From positions 4,800,001 to 4,864,000 of the forward strand of contig OZ240248.1 in assembly GCA_965198235.1 (NCBI GenBank): 64,000 nt of DNA, read 5' to 3'. The notes under the pieces are model-generated. The model did no database searches, was not told the origin of the DNA, and worked only from the letters and a program-made list of their open reading frames with translations. Origin of the DNA: Candidatus Poribacteria bacterium. Lineage in GTDB: Bacteria > Poribacteria > WGA-4E > WGA-3G. The position numbers and the translations under genes are program-made. Of this stretch, positions 61,149 to 64,000 are shown one piece after another; the first letter of the stretch is position 1, and every line of letters begins with the position of its first letter.

Positions 61149-62132
61149 ATGGGAACTAAAGATCCTCACCTTGAGACAGTTGACTCGACGACGGATATGT
61201 TCAATGAACCACGTCAGATTACGGTTTCAGATACATATCACACTGATGTAGATGTTGTCCTCTTTAATGGAGATTGTAGCGAGTTACTAAAGAATATACC
61301 ATCAAATTCGGTAGATTTGGTGATTACATCTCCACCATACAACATAGGCAAAAAATACGAGAAAAAAACAACTTTACAATCATATCTAAAAAGCCAGGAG
61401 CCTGTAATTGCAGAAATATATCGGGTGCTTGCCGCTACCGGAAGTCTCTGCTGGCAAGTCGGAAATTATGTCCAGAAGGGTGAAGTATTCCCGCTTGATA
61501 TTTACTTCTATGAAATTTTCAAACGCTTTGGCTTGAAATTACGGAATCGGATTATCTGGAGGTTTAATCACGGTTTGCACTGTACAAAGCGGTTTTCGGG
61601 TCGCTATGAGGTTATCTTATGGTTTACCAAAAGTGATGAATACGTCTTCAACCTTGATCCAGTGCGAGTTCCGGCGAAATACCCAGGCAAACGACATTTC
61701 AAAGGTCCAAAACGCGGTCAGCTTTCGGGAAACCCGCTTGGAAAGAATCCTTCTGACATTTGGGATATAGCCGCACAGGATTGGGAAAACGAAGTTTGGG
61801 ATATCCCAAACGTAAAAGCAAACCATCCAGAGAAAACCGAACATCCATGTCAGTTTCCTGTTGAATTGGTCCAGCGATGTGTCTTGGCACTCACAGAGCC
61901 CGAAGGAATTGTTTTAGATCCATATTGTGGTGTCGGCTCTACTATTATTGCTGCCTTACAGCATAACCGAAAAGCAGTTGCTGCTGAACAAGATTCAAAG
62001 TATATCTCTATTACCCAGGAGAGAATACAGAAATTCGAACAAGGGACGTTGCCACTCCGTCCGTTAGGAAAACCGATTCACAAACCAACCAAAAAAGACC
62101 GTATTGCGCAGATACCTATGGAATGGAAATAG
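61149..62132 (+). CDS. Beta-class amino-DNA methyltransferase (probably N4-cytosine)
   Basis: TSPPY precedes HPCQFP and LDPYCGVGS. Confidence 0.9.
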   Translation: MGTKDPHLETVDSTTDMFNEPRQITVSDTYHTDVDVVLFNGDCSELLKNIPSNSVDLVITSPPYNIGKKYEKKTTLQSYLKSQEPVIAEIYRVLAATGSLCWQVGNYVQKGEVFPLDIYFYEIFKRFGLKLRNRIIWRFNHGLHCTKRFSGRYEVILWFTKSDEYVFNLDPVRVPAKYPGKRHFKGPKRGQLSGNPLGKNPSDIWDIAAQDWENEVWDIPNVKANHPEKTEHPCQFPVELVQRCVLALTEPEGIVLDPYCGVGSTIIAALQHNRKAVAAEQDSKYISITQERIQKFEQGTLPLRPLGKPIHKPTKKDRIAQIPMEWK

Positions 62133-62152
62133 ATGGTGGAGGTGGAACGATC

Positions 62153-62716
62153 ATGATTATTGCTGCCGAGTATTCATTTAACGGTGGACATTCCATTCAA
62201 AAGATGCACCCTTACCTGTTACAAGAAGTGGAAGACATTATTGCTGTTGTTGATGCCTCGCACTACAAAATTAAAGAAAGCAGGGAGCTCACAATGCCGG
62301 GCAAAAAGTTATATAGTCCTTCGGCACTTAATCGTGCCTTTGCTCAGGGCTTTGGTGCCAAAGGATGGCAGAAGAAACGTGTAACATGTAACTATTCGAC
62401 GGAGTACTACCGTCCTGGATATTCATCGAAACAAATGCGCCCCGCATACCGAGAAATGGACTTTCTGAAAGATCGTCTTGGGATAGAGGTACAGTTTGGA
62501 AAATACGCATTTATGGTCTACAACGTGTGTGCCAAAATGACTATTTTTCGTAATTTAGACTACATTGATGCCGGAATTGAAATTGTCCCTGTGAAGTCTT
62601 TTGCTGATGATATGTCTACTGGAGTCTCGTATTTTGAACAATTCGTGTGGGATTTAGAAAAACGGGGCGTTGCTGACATTGATATCCCTGTCCTCATTTT
62701 TGGTATTGATGTGTAG
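62153..62716 (+). CDS. BglII/BstYI-family Type II restriction endonuclease
   Basis: MDFLK...IEVQFGK (D...ExQ active site); GGAGGT RBS; follows the MTase. Confidence 0.82.
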   Translation: MIIAAEYSFNGGHSIQKMHPYLLQEVEDIIAVVDASHYKIKESRELTMPGKKLYSPSALNRAFAQGFGAKGWQKKRVTCNYSTEYYRPGYSSKQMRPAYREMDFLKDRLGIEVQFGKYAFMVYNVCAKMTIFRNLDYIDAGIEIVPVKSFADDMSTGVSYFEQFVWDLEKRGVADIDIPVLIFGIDV

Positions 62717-62767
62717 AGACAACCAACTAAAAAACCTCACATTATTGAGAAAATCTTTGGAGTTGGA

Positions 62768-63322
62768 ATGGAAACAGTAACACTTACCTATAAAAGACCC
62801 CCCAATCGAGTCAATCACTTTCAACAGGAACTACTTTACCTCGACGATGAGGTCATTGTTACGTCTCAACGGGTTAAACCGTCCTCGCCTATAGTTCAGA
62901 ACGGTGAGACGGTTTTGGCGGATAACTTCGCCGCGGTCTGGTTTGTGTTTACAGGTTTATGGTATGATGTCGGCAAGGTTTATAATCTGGATAACGAGTG
63001 GACCGGCTATTACTGTGATGTTCTGAAACCGGTCAAGCGCAGCGTGGATGCAACGGGAAAACTTGACCGTTTTGAAATAACGGATCTGTTCTTAGACCTT
63101 TGGATAAATCCAGATGGCACCTATGAGATTCAGGATGAAGAGGAGTTTGAAGATGCGGTTCAGAATGGCGCGATTGACGCTGAATTAGAAAGAAAAACAC
63201 TGGAGGTTCTACAAGCATTAATCACTGAAGTTGAGTCTGGACATGTGGAACGTCGCTTACAGGAGGTAATTAGTAGAGCGGGATTCCCAGATTTACAGGA
63301 TTATATAGAAAAGTTACCTTAG
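62768..63322 (+). CDS. DUF402-family protein (FomD/Ntdp-like)
   Basis: GYYCDV...DLFLDLW...DEEEF motif. Confidence 0.8.
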   Translation: METVTLTYKRPPNRVNHFQQELLYLDDEVIVTSQRVKPSSPIVQNGETVLADNFAAVWFVFTGLWYDVGKVYNLDNEWTGYYCDVLKPVKRSVDATGKLDRFEITDLFLDLWINPDGTYEIQDEEEFEDAVQNGAIDAELERKTLEVLQALITEVESGHVERRLQEVISRAGFPDLQDYIEKLP

Positions 63323-63348
63323 AAATCGAGACGGGCGGAGAGGTGGCA

Positions 63349-63430
63349 GTGGAAACGATAGCACTAATCTATAAATGGCCTCCCGATCGGGTACATCAGT
63401 CTCAACAGCAATTGCTTTACCTAGAAAACG
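63349..63430 (+). pseudogene. Truncated 5' fragment of a DUF402 paralog
   Basis: Encodes METIALIYKWPPDRVHQSQQQLLYLEN versus METVTLTYKRPPNRVNHFQQELLYLDD in the upstream gene; own GAGG RBS. Confidence 0.7.
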
Positions 63431-63678
63431 CGTGAAACCCAACGCTTTATCACACGCCCCACGATTGGGTGGGTTTCGCTATACCGACTTCCAAGAACGG
63501 GGGATTGAAAATTGACATTCTCGGTATAAACGATAGGTCTTTGGGGCTTTTACCGCTCAACCCAACCTACATTGAAAATCTTTTTCAAACTCACGTTATC
63601 TTTAAACTCACTGTGTTGTAAAAGGAGGCAGGCTTTCCTTTCATGCTAAAGCATGGAGTCCTCAGCCTGAAGAATTTC

Positions 63679-64000
63679 ATGGCAACATTGGCAATAAATG
63701 GCGGTGAACCTGTCCGCACTGATTCTTATCCGACCTGGCCCACGCAGGATCCTGCTGATATCGAAGCATTTGAAACTATTTATAAGAGTGGGCAATGGGG
63801 TGTTGGGGGACCAAAGGTCCCTGAGTTTGCACAGCAGTTTGCTAAATTCCAAGGTGCGAACTATGGCGTTTGCGTCAATAGCGGCACCTCGGCACTCTAT
63901 ATCGCCCTGAAAGCATCAGGGGTCTGCCCGGGCGATGAAGTCATTACCACATCGTATACCTTTCAGGCGACGGTCGTCGCTATTCTGATGACGCACGCCG
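63679..64000 (+). CDS. DegT/DnrJ/EryC1/StrS aminotransferase, 3'-truncated by window edge
   Basis: MATLAINGGEPVR...VNSGTSAL...PGDEVIT..YTFQAT; not in the supplied ORF track. Confidence 0.88.
   Translation, partial: MATLAINGGEPVRTDSYPTWPTQDPADIEAFETIYKSGQWGVGGPKVPEFAQQFAKFQGANYGVCVNSGTSALYIALKASGVCPGDEVITTSYTFQATVVAILMTHA

Noticed and set aside
1-64000. rRNA, tRNA or prophage genes
   Set aside because: None recognised in any intergenic region; no phage structural or integrase genes seen.

Overview
Bacterial chromosomal window, densely coding. It is most likely from Candidatus Poribacteria or a relative; this is inferred from a LamG protein ending in KLSTTWGNIK, a cohesin/dockerin protein, several PhyH dioxygenases, a sulfatase and an FG-GAP/ASPIC protein. 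It contains sugar and cell-envelope metabolism genes, aroK-aroB, and an nfeD-nfeD-floA-floA-yqfB-like membrane-microdomain operon. Mobile DNA comprises an apparently intact IS607 element (tnpA, tnpB and omegaRNA) and decayed IS relics. There is also an orphan TatT/TatP pair, defence genes (single-chain Type IIG/ISP-like RM enzyme, frameshifted NACHT protein, BglII-like Type II RM pair) and a corrinoid protein/RACo/homocysteine-methyltransferase cluster. Best candidates for undescribed biology: (1) a tightly coupled four-gene membrane operon (31733-35053, DUF6754-like) whose first and third genes appear to carry the same alpha/beta domain on opposite sides of the membrane; (2) a ~70-nt fixed-spacing, hairpin-forming element sitting directly on the start of 4-5 unrelated genes and apparently supplying or replacing their translation starts; (3) two other dispersed repeat families inserted in frame inside proteins; (4) an Omp85 protein fused to DUF4097-like and CBM9-like domains. 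All family assignments come from motif recognition by eye; no searches were run.
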